From contig OX597821.1 of NCBI GenBank assembly GCA_951406725.2, positions 90,024,001-90,088,000 on the forward strand: a stretch of 64,000 bases of DNA, in the 5' to 3' direction. The position numbers and the translations under genes were made by a program. Source of the stretch: Octopus vulgaris. Taxonomy: Eukaryota. The notes beneath the pieces are model-generated. The model searched no databases and was not told the DNA's origin. It worked only from the letters and a program-made list of their open reading frames with translations. Positions 24,015-39,060 of the stretch are shown here, in pieces (within the stretch, counting starts at the first letter, position 1; each line of letters opens with the position of its first letter).

Positions 24015-24367
24015 AGGTGCAGGCGCAATGGCCTAGTGGTTAGGGCAGCGGACTCGCGGTCGTAGGATCGCAGTTTCGATTCCCAGACCGGGCGTTGTGA
24101 GTGTTTATTGAGCGAAAACACCTAATGCTCCACGAGGCTCCGGCAGGGGATGGTGGTGATCCCTGCTGTACTCTTTCACCACAACTTTCTCTCACTCTTA
24201 CTTCCTGTTTCTGTTCTACCTGTATTTCAAAGGGCCGGCCTTGTCACTCTCTGTGTCACGCTGAATATCCCCGAGAACTACGTTAAGGGTGCACGTATCT
24301 GTGGAGCGCTCAGCCACTTACATGGAACCCCCGCCGTCGTAACCGACGGAGTGCTTCCCTAAAAAAC
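24015..24367 (+). mobile_element. SINE family S2, tail type 1, internal deletion
   Basis: TSD caccccaaac; about 40 bp missing near the 3' end. Confidence 0.93.
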
Positions 24368-25158
24368 CACCCCAAACGTCAAGCTGGACAAATAACGTTT
24401 GAACAACAAAAATGCATATAGTTGACATTTTACTCCAGACTTTCTGTTCTTAACATAAGATTTAAATCTACTCCTGTGTTGTGAAGTAAAACTGCAGGGA
24501 AATTTTATAAATATGATTGTAAGCAATTAAAGTGGTTTTATTTCTATTATCTACAGGTCAATAAATCAAATAAGCTGTGGCAAGCTAAAATATATAATAG
24601 AACACTATATAGTATATATATAAGGTATAAGGACACATTTTTGACACATTGAAAATAATATACAGGAAAGCTAATTGCTACATAAAATGTAGTAATTTGA
24701 TAGCAGAATAAGTATTTTTTTAGTATGTTTTGCAAAACGATCATTACGTTTGTAGTTGGTTCTTAACGCAGCACAACGCTGTTGATATTGTTATGTTTCA
24801 ACACATGATAAATAAAAATGAATAATGAATGATTGCATTTATAATATATTGCATCATAGATTTATATATTAACTGTTGAATACTTTTAAATGTGTCAAGT
24901 CAACAAAATTAATATATTTCCCAAATCTACATATTTCTCTTAGTTTTATGCTTCTGTCGATAATTTACAGGATCTGATTTATTCTAAGTACTTCGCTAGA
25001 CACGTTCTTCTCAACTCTCCTTAAGAATTCTCATTATGCTAGTACTATTCTTTATATGAACATTCAATAATGGTATACATATTCCAATCATAAGTATTTC
25101 TATTAAACGTAACTTTCAACTATAGAATTTCCCTCTCCTCTTTTTAATATGGTATTGT

Positions 25159-25195
<37 letters not shown>

Positions 25196-25199
<4 letters not shown>

Positions 25200-25417
25200 T
25201 TCTCTATTACCCACAAGGGGCTAAACATAGAGGGGACAAACAAGGACAGACAAACGGATTAAGCCGATTACATAGACCCCAGTGCGAAACTGGTACTTTA
25301 TTTATCGACCCCGGAAGGATGAAAGGCAAAGTCGACCTCGGCGGAATTTGAACTCAGAACGTAACGACAGACGAAATATCACAAAGCATTTCGCCCGGCG
25401 TGCTAACGTTTCTGCCA
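25196..25417 (-). mobile_element. SINE family S3
   Basis: Reverse complement of the 21013 unit; inside (TA)n. Confidence 0.92.
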
Positions 25418-25595
25418 ATATATATATTGATTTGAAAACCCCACTAGAATAGGAAAAAGCGCTAATGATCTAAATGATATGATATATATGTAAAAAATGT
25501 AATATATAAATAAATATCTGTAAATATAAACCATCCGATCTTCTGATTACCTCAATTCTTCTAATATATAATACCTGTACATCATCTCCAAACCT

Positions 25596-25637
<42 letters not shown>

Positions 25638-25841
25638 TTACTACCCTTCTTTCTGTCTCTTTCTACTTAGCAATTTAATCTACCACATTCATTTATTTTT
25701 ATCTTCATTTAGGTTCTCTCTTCCTCGTCTGCATATCTATTTAACATCCAATCAATCAATCTATATATACACATATATGCATACACGCATATACACACAC
25801 ACGCATAAACACACATTATCACACAGACATACATCTTTCTT

Positions 25842-25931
<90 letters not shown>
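25842..25931. repeat. (TCTA)n microsatellite
   Basis: Direct; similar tracts at 28232-28337, 30551-30678 and 41915-41995. Confidence 0.95.
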
Positions 25932-25932
<1 letters not shown>

Positions 25933-26749
25933 CTTTTCGTCTTACTGCTGCAGTCCATCGGCTTCTCTCTCTCTCCTGTCGCCTTTCCGTTATGTTTCTT
26001 TCAGCCATCTTTCCTATCTTTGTCCTACCATCAGTTTTGTTCAGTTTCTGAATTCCTACCTCCATCTTCCCTTTTCACTCGTCTGCTCCTAATTCCCATC
26101 TAACTCCTTTCCCCTAAGGTACTTCCGCTTTCATCCTTCACCTGCTTCCTTTTTCCCGTTCAATTAGCCTCTTTTTCGCTTCGCTCAAGGCAACGAGATG
26201 ACTGTTTTTATCTCCGCCGAGCTGTTTCTTATGGCCAGAAAGCATCTCTCCTTCTCATCATACGTTACTTGCAAACTTACCCTCTATATGTCGTGTAGAT
26301 CGAAAGACCATTTATGCTATTATCTGCTCAGTTTTGTTTTGCCTTTATTCATTTAGTCATATATTTATCATTGAAATGTAAGAACATATATATTTATATT
26401 CCCTTGTTTGTTTCATTTAGCACAACCTCTGCTTTTCTTCCTACATGTCTTACAATTATCATTTTAGTAAGTAACATTTTGTATTTGCTATTCGTTTCGT
26501 TTTGTATATTTTCTTCCATTAACCAAGTATATTCATTACAGCTAATTTAGTTCGATTTTTGTGCACACTCCTTTATATCCTCAATGCTCTACTTAACTGT
26601 CGGCTACAGCAGAATGACCAATATTACCTGAAGCGACAAAATGTTAAGAATTTCATGTTCAAAATTAATAAATTGGTCAGATTACTGTCCGTCCTTTCGT
26701 GCTGTCCTTTCGCTATTTCAGTGAATTTCTTTGGCGTGTATCCTTACTA

Positions 26750-28028
26750 TCAGGTCATCTCATAAGTTCTGTCCGATTTTATCTTTTTTAAGATTGAATA
26801 TAATTTAACAGTATTTTAGAATGTCTGATGGAATTAAAAATTACTTTTATGCATTTGTGTACATTTAAACTAATTAAATATTATTTTACAGAATAATAGA
26901 ATTTAAATTTCTTTGATTAAAATCCTTTCTAATATGGAAGTATCCAAAGAGCATTTAAGGCACATAATGCTTTATGGGTATAAAAAAAGGAAACTCTGCG
27001 TTCGAAGCGACCCGAAATATACATTATATTTCTGGGGAAGAATGTTTGAAAGAAAGAATTGCAGAAGATGGTTTGCAAAATTCAGAAGTGGAAATTTCAG
27101 ACTTGAAGATGAAGATCGAACAGGACGTCAAGTTGAGTTCGATGATAAGCTCCTTGTGGCATTACTTGAAGAAAATCCTGCACTATCAGTTGAAGAATTG
27201 GCAATAAAGCTTATGTCAAACCATACAACTGTTCATCGTCATCTTCAACAACTTGGAAAGTTTCCTAAACTTGGAAAATGGGTACCTCATGAATTGTCCG
27301 AAAGCAACTGCAAATCCCGAGTTGACAACTGTTCTTCTCTATATTCTCGCGAACTCATTTCACCCTTTTTGGATAGACTTGTGACTGGTGACGAAAAATG
27401 GATCTTCTATCGAGATGTTGAACGCCGTAAACAGTAGCTTGATAAAAGGGAAAAAAGCTCAACCACAACCGAGAAGGGTACTTCATAGGATAACGGTTCT
27501 TCTCTTTATCTGGTGGGATTGCAGAGAAGTAATTCACTTTGAATTGTTACCACCTAATGCAACAATCAATGCTCAAGTCTACTGTCAGCAATCAGAGCGT
27601 TTGAACCAAGCTTTAAAGAGAAAAAGACGCGCTTTAGTGAATCGAAAAGGAGTGATGTTTCATCGGGACGTACGCGACTCCATACAGCAAATATCACATC
27701 ACAGAAGATCGAAGAGCTTGGTTGGGAAAAAATTCCTCATCCACCCTATTCTTGCGACCTTCTTGCTTCAGATTACCATTTGTTTTGTAGTTTACGAAAT
27801 CATTTGGGGGACATAACTTTCGCAAGCCAGGAGGAAGTCGAAACTGACATTTCAGAGTTCTTCGCTTTGAAATCAAAAGTGTTTTACATTGATGGGATTA
27901 AAAAAACTTGTAAATAGATGGAAGGAAGTCATAGATAATCAGGGAACGTACATTGATAATTAAATTTCAATTAAATATAACCATATTTCTTTATTCAATA
28001 TTCGAACAGAACTTATGGAATAACCTGA
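26750..28028 (+). mobile_element. Full-length mariner transposon
   Basis: TA TSD on both sides; TIRs TCAGGTCATCTCATAAGTTCTGTCCGA / TCGAACAGAACTTATGGAATAACCTGA; 1279 bp. Confidence 0.95.
26934..27963 (+). pseudogene. Mariner transposase pseudogene
   Basis: MEVSKEHLRHIMLY, WFAKFRSG, GKWVPHELS, LVTGDEKW, IWWDCREVIHFELL, HPPYS; frameshifts and a stop. Confidence 0.93.
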
Positions 28029-28089
28029 TACGTTTTGCTATATAATTACTGGAGTATTGCAAACGTTATTTTATCTTTGTACTTATTTT

Positions 28090-29260
<1,171 letters not shown>

Positions 29261-29781
29261 ATATATTCTTTTCGTATTTTATTTATTTATGTACATATGT
29301 GTGCGTGTTTTTTTTTTCTGTGTGAATTACTGATATTATCCCTTCTAATATACAATATAAATAAATAAATTACACTGCATTCACGCCGCCTGACTGAACG
29401 TCATTTTTTTCTTCCTTTCATCACCCCTTAAATATACGCAGAGAACGCAGAAGAAAGTGTAAACAGTTGCAAAATAAACAGCTACTCAATCATATAATCA
29501 AAAGATTCCAATGCTTATGTTTGCTGTCATCCACTTTTGGCCTCTTTCAACCCGTGTAAAACATTCCCTCCCAACTGAGAATCGTTCGGGGTAATTGAGA
29601 AGTAATATGAAATTCCATTTGGAATTGGCAAATTCTTTCGGGTCAAAGAGGAAAAACAGGAAACTGAATCTAAGTAGTGCGGGGAGCAGATTCCTAGTCT
29701 TTGGAGACAAAGTAGGTTTATATATATATAAATATATATATATATGATATAAGTGTGTTTGTTCGAGTGTGCCTGTGTGTG

Positions 29782-29815
<34 letters not shown>

Positions 29816-29978
29816 TGCCTGTGTACACAAACAGACAGTTACACACATATACATACGCGCATTCGAAATTACACACATATAAATAATCATTTACACATTT
29901 GTATATACATATACAAAACAAACACGTTAGCATATTGTGTGTGTGTGAATATATGTGCGTATATATATATACATATAC

Positions 29979-30016
<38 letters not shown>

Positions 30017-30549
30017 ATGAAGCAATTCAAATTTTGGCATGCACAGATACTGATTCACTCATACATACATACATATGTTTGTGTATGTGTGGAGGTGGGC
30101 GTGGATGGGTGCTGTCCCTATGCATACATACGTTTTTCATATATTTCAAGTTCTAACTGTAAACATCTATCTATTTATGACAATTTCTGAAATATACGTA
30201 TTAAATAGAAATCTCCTAAACGAAATAAATAAAACGTGCACTTATGCATACAAAATCATAAGCATTTATATACACTTAAAGATACATTTATACTTATAAA
30301 TGCGATAAAAACAGGTTACGCGTGCACAGATACTTATATGCGTGTGTCTAGCCTTTTCTGCTCATTCTTTATACAGGTTTGTGTCGGTGATTAAGACGTT
30401 TCTTTCTCAGTCATGTAAATTGGGTTCAATTCTTCAGCGCGACACCTCGAGGAAGTGAAATTAACCATAGCACCAGCTTGCTAAATGACATATTAATGAA
30501 TTTGGTAAATGGAAAGTAGGCGGAATTTATGCAGTTATATCTGTCTATG

Positions 30550-30618
<69 letters not shown>

Positions 30619-30636
30619 GTCTGTCTGTCTGTCTAC

Positions 30637-30677
<41 letters not shown>

Positions 30678-30744
30678 CATCTGCTTGTATGTCTGTCTGT
30701 TTCTCTCTCACTGTCTCTCTCTTTATCTATCTTTCCCTATATAC

Positions 30745-30790
<46 letters not shown>

Positions 30791-30833
30791 CGTATGCATA
30801 TATGTATATAATATATATATATATATATATATA

Positions 30834-31223
30834 CTAGCAGTATCGCCCGGCGTTGCTCAGGTGTGTAAGGGAAATAACTATAAAGCATTTTTAGAGAGTT
30901 ATAGCCAAAAAATAGCAAAAAAATGGAAAAAAAAATTATGGTAAATTTTTTTTTGAGAGTAAAAAAAGGTTGAGTTGCGTCCCCTAGACAGTCTGTGGTT
31001 TGTTTTTTTTGATTCTCGACCCCATGTCGAATTTATCGATTTTTTTTCAGAACTGGGGTTAACTTTTCAAAATTTTCGCTGCGTTAGTTTTGAATTATGA
31101 CATTGGGCTATGTGTGTGTCAAGTTTCATCAGAATCGGTTGAAAGCCGTGGTCAGGGTGAGGGTACGAGAAAACAGACACACAGAAACACGCACAGACAA
31201 ACTGCCGTTTATATATAGAGAGA
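30834..31223 (-). mobile_element. Non-autonomous Helitron
   Basis: Minus strand begins TCTCTCTATATATAAA and ends with hairpin CCTGAGCAACGCCGGG then CGATACTGCTAG; inserted between A and T; no TSD. Confidence 0.88.
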
Positions 31224-31251
31224 TATATATATGTGCGTGTGTATATATGTA

Positions 31252-31340
<89 letters not shown>

Positions 31341-32148
31341 GTACAAATATTTTGTGGACACTTCCCTTCGCATCGATGAAACAAATCAGCATCGTCTTGA
31401 CACTTGACACTGGACTTCACGACGCGTTTTTTGGGGGGTTGTGGTGACGTCGAATGCTTCCATCGACTGCGCTGCTGCTTCGTTTCCGGGTCGGAGCTGT
31501 AGTACCAGTTTTCGTCGCCTGTGGTGACATTCGGAAAAAGGTTCGGGTCAACTTCTCACTGTTCTTTCAGTGCACGACACGCATTCAGCCATTACGATTT
31601 TGATCTTTCGTGAGCAACCCTTTTCATTTGCAATTCCTCGATCAAAATTCGTTAGCAGGAGATCCAAGACACACCGGGAATATCAACAAATTTGTCAATT
31701 GCTCGGCGACGATCCTCCAAGAATAACTCATAAATTTTCCTGATGTTTTCATCCGTTCGGGAGGTGGACGGTCGCCCTGAAAGAGGTTTTACTTCGACCG
31801 ACGAGTGAACATTGCTAAAGGTTGAAAACCACATGTAATCTTCGGTTTTGCTCATGGGAGCGTTCTTGTAAGCTGGTTTAAGAAGGACAACTGTTTCGGC
31901 CACTGTTTTCCCTGGCAAAATACAGAATTTCAGGGAAGTATGCTATTCCTTACAGCCATCGCAAAAATCAACGAACAGAGGAGAAGCTCTAAAAATCAAA
32001 GAGGCACTACATGGCAGAACGACTTCAGTGTACGACGCTGGTCAGCAGACCGATGCCTGGGGGTCGCATCAAGTGTCACATCAAGCCTGAACTACAACGG
32101 GCTTGTCACGCAGAGAATATTTCCGCTTAATTTTTGGGTACTCCCATG
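31341..32148 (-). mobile_element. 3'-truncated mariner with transposase remnant
   Basis: TA + TIR-like CATGGGAGTACCCAAAAATTAAGCGGAA; GKTVAETVVLLKPAY...SGRPSTSRTDENI...DRR; KTMLICFIDAKGSVH. Confidence 0.85.
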
Positions 32149-32759
32149 TATGTGTGTATGTGTATGTGTGTTTGTTTCTGTGTGCGTGTGTGTGGGTGCA
32201 TTTCGAAAAATTACGTCTGTGGAATGCTTACACCGTCTGTTTCGCATTTAAAAGCACTGAAATACATGTGTATTGACAGTCTAGGTTAATAAATCATCCG
32301 CAAGCTTTGAATTTTCGAAAATGAGTGAAATCAAAAGGCCGTCAATTGAAAGCAAAAAGTCATTGATATGGAAAGTACATGGATGTAAAGCAATGCCACA
32401 ATTATTAACTTTAATCTGACCCATTATAACATGTAAAAGAACGTTCACAAACATACAGACAAGCACAGATGTACATACATATATTGCTACTGATATATAT
32501 GTTATTTTTGGCGCTATTCCTCAATATAAGATGCTTTCGCAAGACGAATATCGTGGTATTGGCTTTTTCGTACAGTAAATTCACGTTAAGTAGGATGTAC
32601 AGGTTGTTATTCCGAACTAATACTGCTTCAATCGCTTATAGCGACTACATATATGTGTTTGAGTGTGTGTATATGTGTCTGTCTGTCTGTATGTCTGTCT
32701 GTCTGTCTCTGTCTGTCTGTCTGTCTGTATGTATGTACGTATGTATGTATGTATGTATG

Positions 32760-32803
<44 letters not shown>

Positions 32804-32844
32804 AGAATAAGGTGTATGTACGCCGCAATAATATATATATAAAA

Positions 32845-33105
32845 ATACAAAATGGGACAAGAACGCAAAACATTCAAATAGACGATACAAATAAAAAAAA
32901 AGGCTCATTTGAAGCCTCTAATTTTCAGTCAAGGACCGGATCATCCTCGCAATTTCGACTGATTAATCTTGAGATTGATCCGATCTGGCCAGCCCCAAGG
33001 ACAGCTAAGCTACGAGCATTAGATTTCTTGGAAAAAGGATCGAATGTATACGAAACAATGACAGAAAACCGGACGATGTTACACCAATATAAATACAAAA
33101 AAATA
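32845..33105. mobile_element. (TA)n-embedded repeat family E (probable PLE terminus)
   Basis: Homologous to 49425-49615 (gggacaagaacg...cagtcaag.accggatcatc...aatttcgRctgattaatcttgagattg...tggccagcccc). Confidence 0.6.
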
Positions 33106-33119
33106 TATATATATATGAG

Positions 33120-33800
33120 ATAAAAATAAAAATATGCACATTAAGTGCAAGACATCAGTAACGAACGAAAAGCACGTAAACACACATCGAGAGACAAGTA
33201 TGGGACAATACAAAAAGAAGTCTAACTCCACCTCAGTTGTTGACTATTTATTACTACCTGTCTCGTACTTTTAACTCCATGACAGGAAGAATTCATAAGA
33301 CAGCAGCATCCAGAAATTTTGAAAATATAAAATTTGTGGCGAGTTAGGGCTTCGAACGAACAAATGACACCAAAGTGGACGAACAAGTAAACGATCGATG
33401 AAGACAGAGGTTTATGGTTGTTAGGCCAAGACGAATTGTAATGGATAACGCCTGTGAGAAATTCTGTAAGGAATTATAATAAATGGAAGAGAGAAAAATC
33501 TGTCGAGTGGCGAGAGATATAACATGCGGCTATCTGGCCGTCCCATCCAGAAAATAGAGAGGAGGAAAATGGTCTCTAGTCACGTGTGAGCAACAGGCAG
33601 AAGGGAAAGGGGACAAGAGAGAAGATGAGACAAAGAAATAAAGGGAGTGGGGAGAATGGAGAAGGAAAGAAAGATACAGAGTGAAAGAAAGGCTGACAGA
33701 GGACAGCAAAGAAGGAGGGATAGAAAAAGAAATATAGAGGATTGTAGAGGGATAAAGAGAAAGAAGGGAAATAGGAAGGGACACAGAGTCGCAGAAATTA
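33120..33800 (-). mobile_element. Repeat family F (probable PLE 3' end with pyrimidine-rich region)
   Basis: 33130-33455 is a diverged reverse complement of 34545-34870; on the minus strand it is preceded by a CT-rich stretch, as in family C. Confidence 0.55.
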
Positions 33801-33802
33801 TA

Positions 33803-34474
33803 TCTATATATATAAAACTGTAGTTGTGTGAGTGTCTGTCTCCTACGATTTAGATTCCTAACTACTCCCACATTTTGCGGTGCAGTTTAACCAAATTCGG
33901 GTATCTTATAGTCGTGATTTATATTGATCCCATCTGGGTGTTAGCGCGCGTCTACGATGAGTCTACGATATAAAAATAATTTAACATCATTTTTTTCCAT
34001 TTTAACGCATATTTTTTCGTGTGTCGATGGCGGCGGAGTTGGCGTCCATGGTCACACCGGCACCTGTGTTGCTTCTCCCCCTTCTTCCCTCCCTCGTGAA
34101 GCTGTGGGGAAGGGATTGTAAGGAAATCAACGTCGTAAAGCGTTGTCAAGGAGACCAGCGTTCTTTTAGAACAACGACTTCATGGCTTGAAGACACCAAA
34201 ACAGAAATGGCTAAGAAAGCGTCTACGATGAGTCTACGATTTAAAAAAAAAGTTACCATCATTTTTTCCATTTTAATGCATTTTTTCGCTATTATATAAG
34301 GGAAGTAACTCTCTAAAAATGTCTACGATGAGTCAACGATTAAAAAAAAATTACCATCATTTTTATTCCATTTTTAATGCATTTTTTTTGCTAATTTTTT
34401 TGCTATAACTCTCTAAAAATGCTTATATAGTTATTTCCCTTACAAACTCGAGCAACGCCGGGCGATACTGCTAG
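33803..34474 (+). mobile_element. Non-autonomous Helitron
   Basis: A|TCTATATATATAAA ... CTCGAGCAACGCCGGGCGATACTGCTAG|T; three internal gtctacgatgagtc..cgat repeats. Confidence 0.88.
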
Positions 34475-34480
34475 TATAAA

Positions 34481-34929
34481 TATAAAAACTAACTGCTGAA
34501 AAAGGCTGCGTGGCGTTCAATAATAAAATAAAAACGAAAAAATACACAGGCGTTACCCTTTACAATTCGTCTTGGCTTAACGGCCCTAAATGTCTGCTTT
34601 CGTTGATCGCTTACTTGTACGTCCGCTCTGGTGTCGTTTGCTCGTTCGAAACCCTAACGCTCCACAAATTTTATATTTTAAAATTTTCTGGATGCTGCTG
34701 TCTTATGAAGTTTTCCTGTCTTGTCGTTAAAAGCACGAAACACGTAGTAATATACAGTTCACAAATGAGGAGGAGCTTGACTTCTTTTGGTATTTTGTAC
34801 CGTACTTGTCTCTCAATGTGTGTTTACGTATGTTTCGCTCTTTGGTGATGTCCTGTACTTTATGTGCATTTTTTCCCCTTTTATTTAATAATTGAACGCC
34901 ACGCAGCCTTCGTGAACGGTAAATTTTTA
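34481..34929 (+). mobile_element. Repeat family F copy with ~65-bp inverted ends
   Basis: AAGGCTGCGTGGCGTTCAAT (34502-34521) is the exact reverse complement of 34891-34910, with imperfect extension on both sides. Confidence 0.65.
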
Positions 34930-37900
34930 CATTTTATATATATTTATACAGATACAAAATATACATTTTGCTCTTATCTTTGCTTCACCCTTTGAGAAAT
35001 GGATATCACAGTTTGTCTCCAACGGCTTTATTTTTGAAAGCATAAGGCTTTCTTTAGTTTTTCTATGTGTTCCTATACGATTCATCCTTATATGTCACAG
35101 GGTCGCTAGATCATTTATGTTATTACCTGCTTCAGTGTAACATTTATCGTTAAGTTGTATGATTTCCCTTCTTCATTTGTGAGTGTGTGTATACATGTGA
35201 TTCTGTCTCAAATATATATCTATACACACACACATATGCATATGTACACATGCATATGAGGGTGGAGTGGTTCTATATGTTTGGGAATATGCTGGTTTTT
35301 GTATGTATATATGGGTATAGTATGAGGTTATGTATACGTTTGTACGTGTACTTGCATGTATTTACGTATGTGTGCATGTTTATGTACATATCTGTGTGTG
35401 AACGTGTGTATCTGTATGTATGTGTAGTGTGAGAGAGATAGTGAGAGAGAAAGAGAGAGAGAGGGGAAAATAGAAACGATGATAGATCGATAGACAGACA
35501 TACAGACACATTCATAGATTAATAAAAGTTCTCGTCATCATCACCATTTTATGTTCACCTCTCTATGTCAAGCCATAATGTTGTAGTTTTGATGTAAAAC
35601 TTCAAAATAGTCTTTTAAGGCAATTTTAAAATATATTCTTTTGTAATGAATTCCCTGGAGTCATATATTTTTCCTCATGTCTACCTTGAACTTGAGAAAT
35701 TTCTTTTCTTCATGACAAACTGGTATATTTTATTCTTTTGTTTTTATTACGGTGTTATTTGCAAATCATTACTTAGCTTCTTCATCCTTTACAATAATTC
35801 CCACAAGAAGAGGTGCGGTGGATCACCGTAAAATCCAATATTGTAATCATTCACTCAGGTTTCCCTATGCAGCAACCAAATCTACTTCAACAGCATTTAT
35901 AATACAGACCACACATATTTTAAAATCTTTCGTCTGAAATAAGTGAGTGATTGTCATGAAATTAATGCCGAGTGTATTCACTAGCATGACTTAAACCGTC
36001 AAGCTAGTCATCTTGATAATTAATATAACGTACAGCTGTCTCTTATGTGTTTAATTGAATATTTCGGAAGCAATTTTGGTGGGTGCACGAACAAGTTTGC
36101 CATTTAATAATAAGAACACTATCTTAATTATTACCTTCATCCACACAAGCTCTTCTTCTGAGTGCTTGGTTCTTCATTTGTTGTGCCACCTGTTGCTAGA
36201 AATGGCATGAAGAGGACATAAACTGCTGCTCTATGAAGCTACCAGTGTTATAAACTAACTATAGAAGATTCATGGCTGCGGTTGGCATAAATACTGAATA
36301 ACTGCCAATTTTTTTTCCTTTTGTTTTGTTAGCAAGTAGTGTTGATCCACAATACCTCTGGTGCATTTAGAAATACTTCGTTACAATACAACAACAAAAC
36401 AACTACAACAATAACGACAACAACTTCTTATCAAGTGTAGTATATACACCATTTGATATCCTTCTGACAATGGTCAGTTAATATCTCTTTGTTCACATAT
36501 AAAACCATTGACATACTAGCAAAGGTATCTTTCAAAAGTAGCTTCAGTCCTTTCCCAAAGCTATTTCATATAATTCCAACACTCTCTTCACTCCATTCAC
36601 ACTCCTCTGCCTGATACCGACTTTTACTTTCCTATCTTCTAACAAATGAAGTTTTCATACCTCTCCCATCTACACGCACACATCCCTAAAGCATACTCTC
36701 CAGTTATTGAAGCCAGAATATAAGAGGAAATAATATGTCACTTATCTGAAAGGTATTCTCATTGTCATTTCCCATTCTTTTATAGCAAGGAGAGTTCAAA
36801 CATAAACTATTATTTCTCATTGCCAACTTACTAAACATGATAAACCAAAATGACAGTGTGACATGACAATAATACAGCAAATGGAGGTAGGAATTCACTA
36901 AATCGTTTATTGAACGACATTGCTCTATGGCACACTTTATCACCGTCTTTCTGATTCGATAATTTCAAAGGCTAAAGCTGAATACATCAGATTAAAAGCG
37001 GCCAAAGTAGACTATAAAAAAGAAAGTAAAAAGGAAAGAAAATAAATAGCTTAATAAAGTATTTCAATATCTTCTTCGTTTTTAGATTAATATAGTTTCT
37101 AGGATTTGTTGTTAATTTATTTTTGTCGGAAACCTCCACCATTTCGACCCACGCCAGCAAAAATAATCATTGTGTTGAGTATTAGTGGCTAATCAGCGTA
37201 AATATTGTTCTTGCATCTGTATACTTGTCATCAGCATCACAATCATTCTTGTCATCTCCGTTGTTCTCGACGTCGTCATCGTAATCTCTATCGTCACCGT
37301 TATCAACAGATGATGTCCGCGTAATCATATCCTTGCATTCTTATCATTGTCACATCGTTCTTATCATCAAAGTCGTCTGCGCACTATCACTGTTACGGGC
37401 ATCATCATCATCATCATCATCATCAGTGATTTCCTTTTCATCATCGTGATTATCGTTGTTGCTCTTTTCATCAACATATACTGTTTCAATGTCGACATTA
37501 TTATCACCACCATCTTATCCAAACGCTCATGCATTCATTTGTCCATTTCTTCTCACTTGGTCAATCTCACACTTTATCAAAATTATTATATCTTAGAGTT
37601 ACCCTCTTACCTAATTTTTCTCTAATCGCTTTCTCTTTACCTGTCAACTGTTCTCTTTTTCCTTATCACTACACACACACACACACACACATATATACAC
37701 ATATTTATATAAGCGTGAGTGTAAGTGTTTGTATATGTGTGTGTGTATATACATATATGCATATATGTTTGTGTCTGTATGTATATATATATGTCTGTGA
37801 GCGTATTCATATGTATCAATCTATTTTCTACCCATCGACATAATACACACACCCATACACACATATACATCCACTGACAACAGCATTGGATATAAATATA

Positions 37901-38800
37901 TCCATCATTCGTAATGTATTTTGTCCTTTTATTGCAGAGAAATTTGAAGAGGATATTTGTGCGTTAGAAAAAGTAAAATTAAATAAAATGACAGTGGTAC
38001 CCCAGGTGGAGGCATCGTTTTTTATCGGATATGGTATTTCAGTTTGATTTAGTGCTTCAGTAACGAACACCTCCAACATTTTGAGCCGGTGAAGCTAAAC
38101 ATTTAGCTGGTGAGGCTAGAATTAAATAAATAAATTAAAATAATTTGAAATAGCTCAGCTGAAAACATAGATAAATATAACATTTATAATGCAGATATAA
38201 GGGTAAAACGGCTTGAGTCGTAATATTCTATTACAGAGTTTGATTTGTTTTATCTATATATCCTGTTGCTTATTTTGATTTTATTCACCTTACTTCGAGC
38301 TGTGCGGATAATACCGGTACTTCAACTTAAGTACCCAATTCAACTGAATCTCAATTATATATATGTGTGTTTGTGTGTATGTGTGTGTGTGTGCATGTGT
38401 GTGTGTACATACAGACATAGAGACATAAATTCGTTCGTTCGGGGGTTTTATTCTTAACATTGTTCCTCACGGCATGGTTTACATGAACAAACATTATTGC
38501 AGTATCGTTTTGAAGCTAGAAGCTCTTCTTGTCATTAACCATACCTGCCTTTGAAGTAAATTTTCATTCCACTCAAAAGCGCAGAGCTGCTTGACGATTT
38601 ATTCACAGAGAGAGACCAAAAAAAAAAAATGTCATCATTGGTACCCCTGAGATTTTCACAAGACTTACAAACACATAGACACACACGTGATTGCGCATGC
38701 ACACACCTATATACTGTATGCATTTATATATGTAAATATGTCGTGTGTATGTGAGTGTCATTAACCTGACCTGCACATATATATATATATATATATATAT

Positions 38801-39050
38801 TGGTAAAAACGGTAAGATAGCAAAAGAAAGAAAGAGACCTCAATGTTATGTAGATAGAGGAATTTATCTGTAAAGTAATATGTGACAATTATTCAGTAGC
38901 CAAGATAAAACTCCAAGTTTCGGATGCCGAGGTGGAAATCCACATCACCATCTCTTCAGTTAACCGAAGTTATTGTGATGTGGATTTCCATCTCGGCATC
39001 CGAAACTCAGAGTTTTATCTTGCTACTGAATAATTGTTATTATTTTACAG
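38801..39050 (-). mobile_element. Family B pseudo-LTR with ~63-bp inverted arm
   Basis: 38885-38948 pairs with 38975-39037; homologous to 3361-3520; (TA)n flanks. Confidence 0.7.
38904..38964 (-). ncRNA. Type I hammerhead ribozyme, canonical core (family B)
   Basis: GTTAA CTGAAGA GATG...CATC C GAAA CTTGGAG T T TTATC. Confidence 0.62.
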
Positions 39051-39060
39051 ATATATATAT

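Noticed and set aside
34997-35050. CCT TTGAGAA ... GAAA GCA TA AGG as a U3-A8 hammerhead
   Set aside because: Only a 3-bp stem I and a poor stem II; compatible with chance.
37938-38005. Possible exon after ttttattgcag (EKFEEDICALEK...)
   Set aside because: Acceptor is plausible but donors are weak and the peptide is not recognisable; needs RNA-seq.
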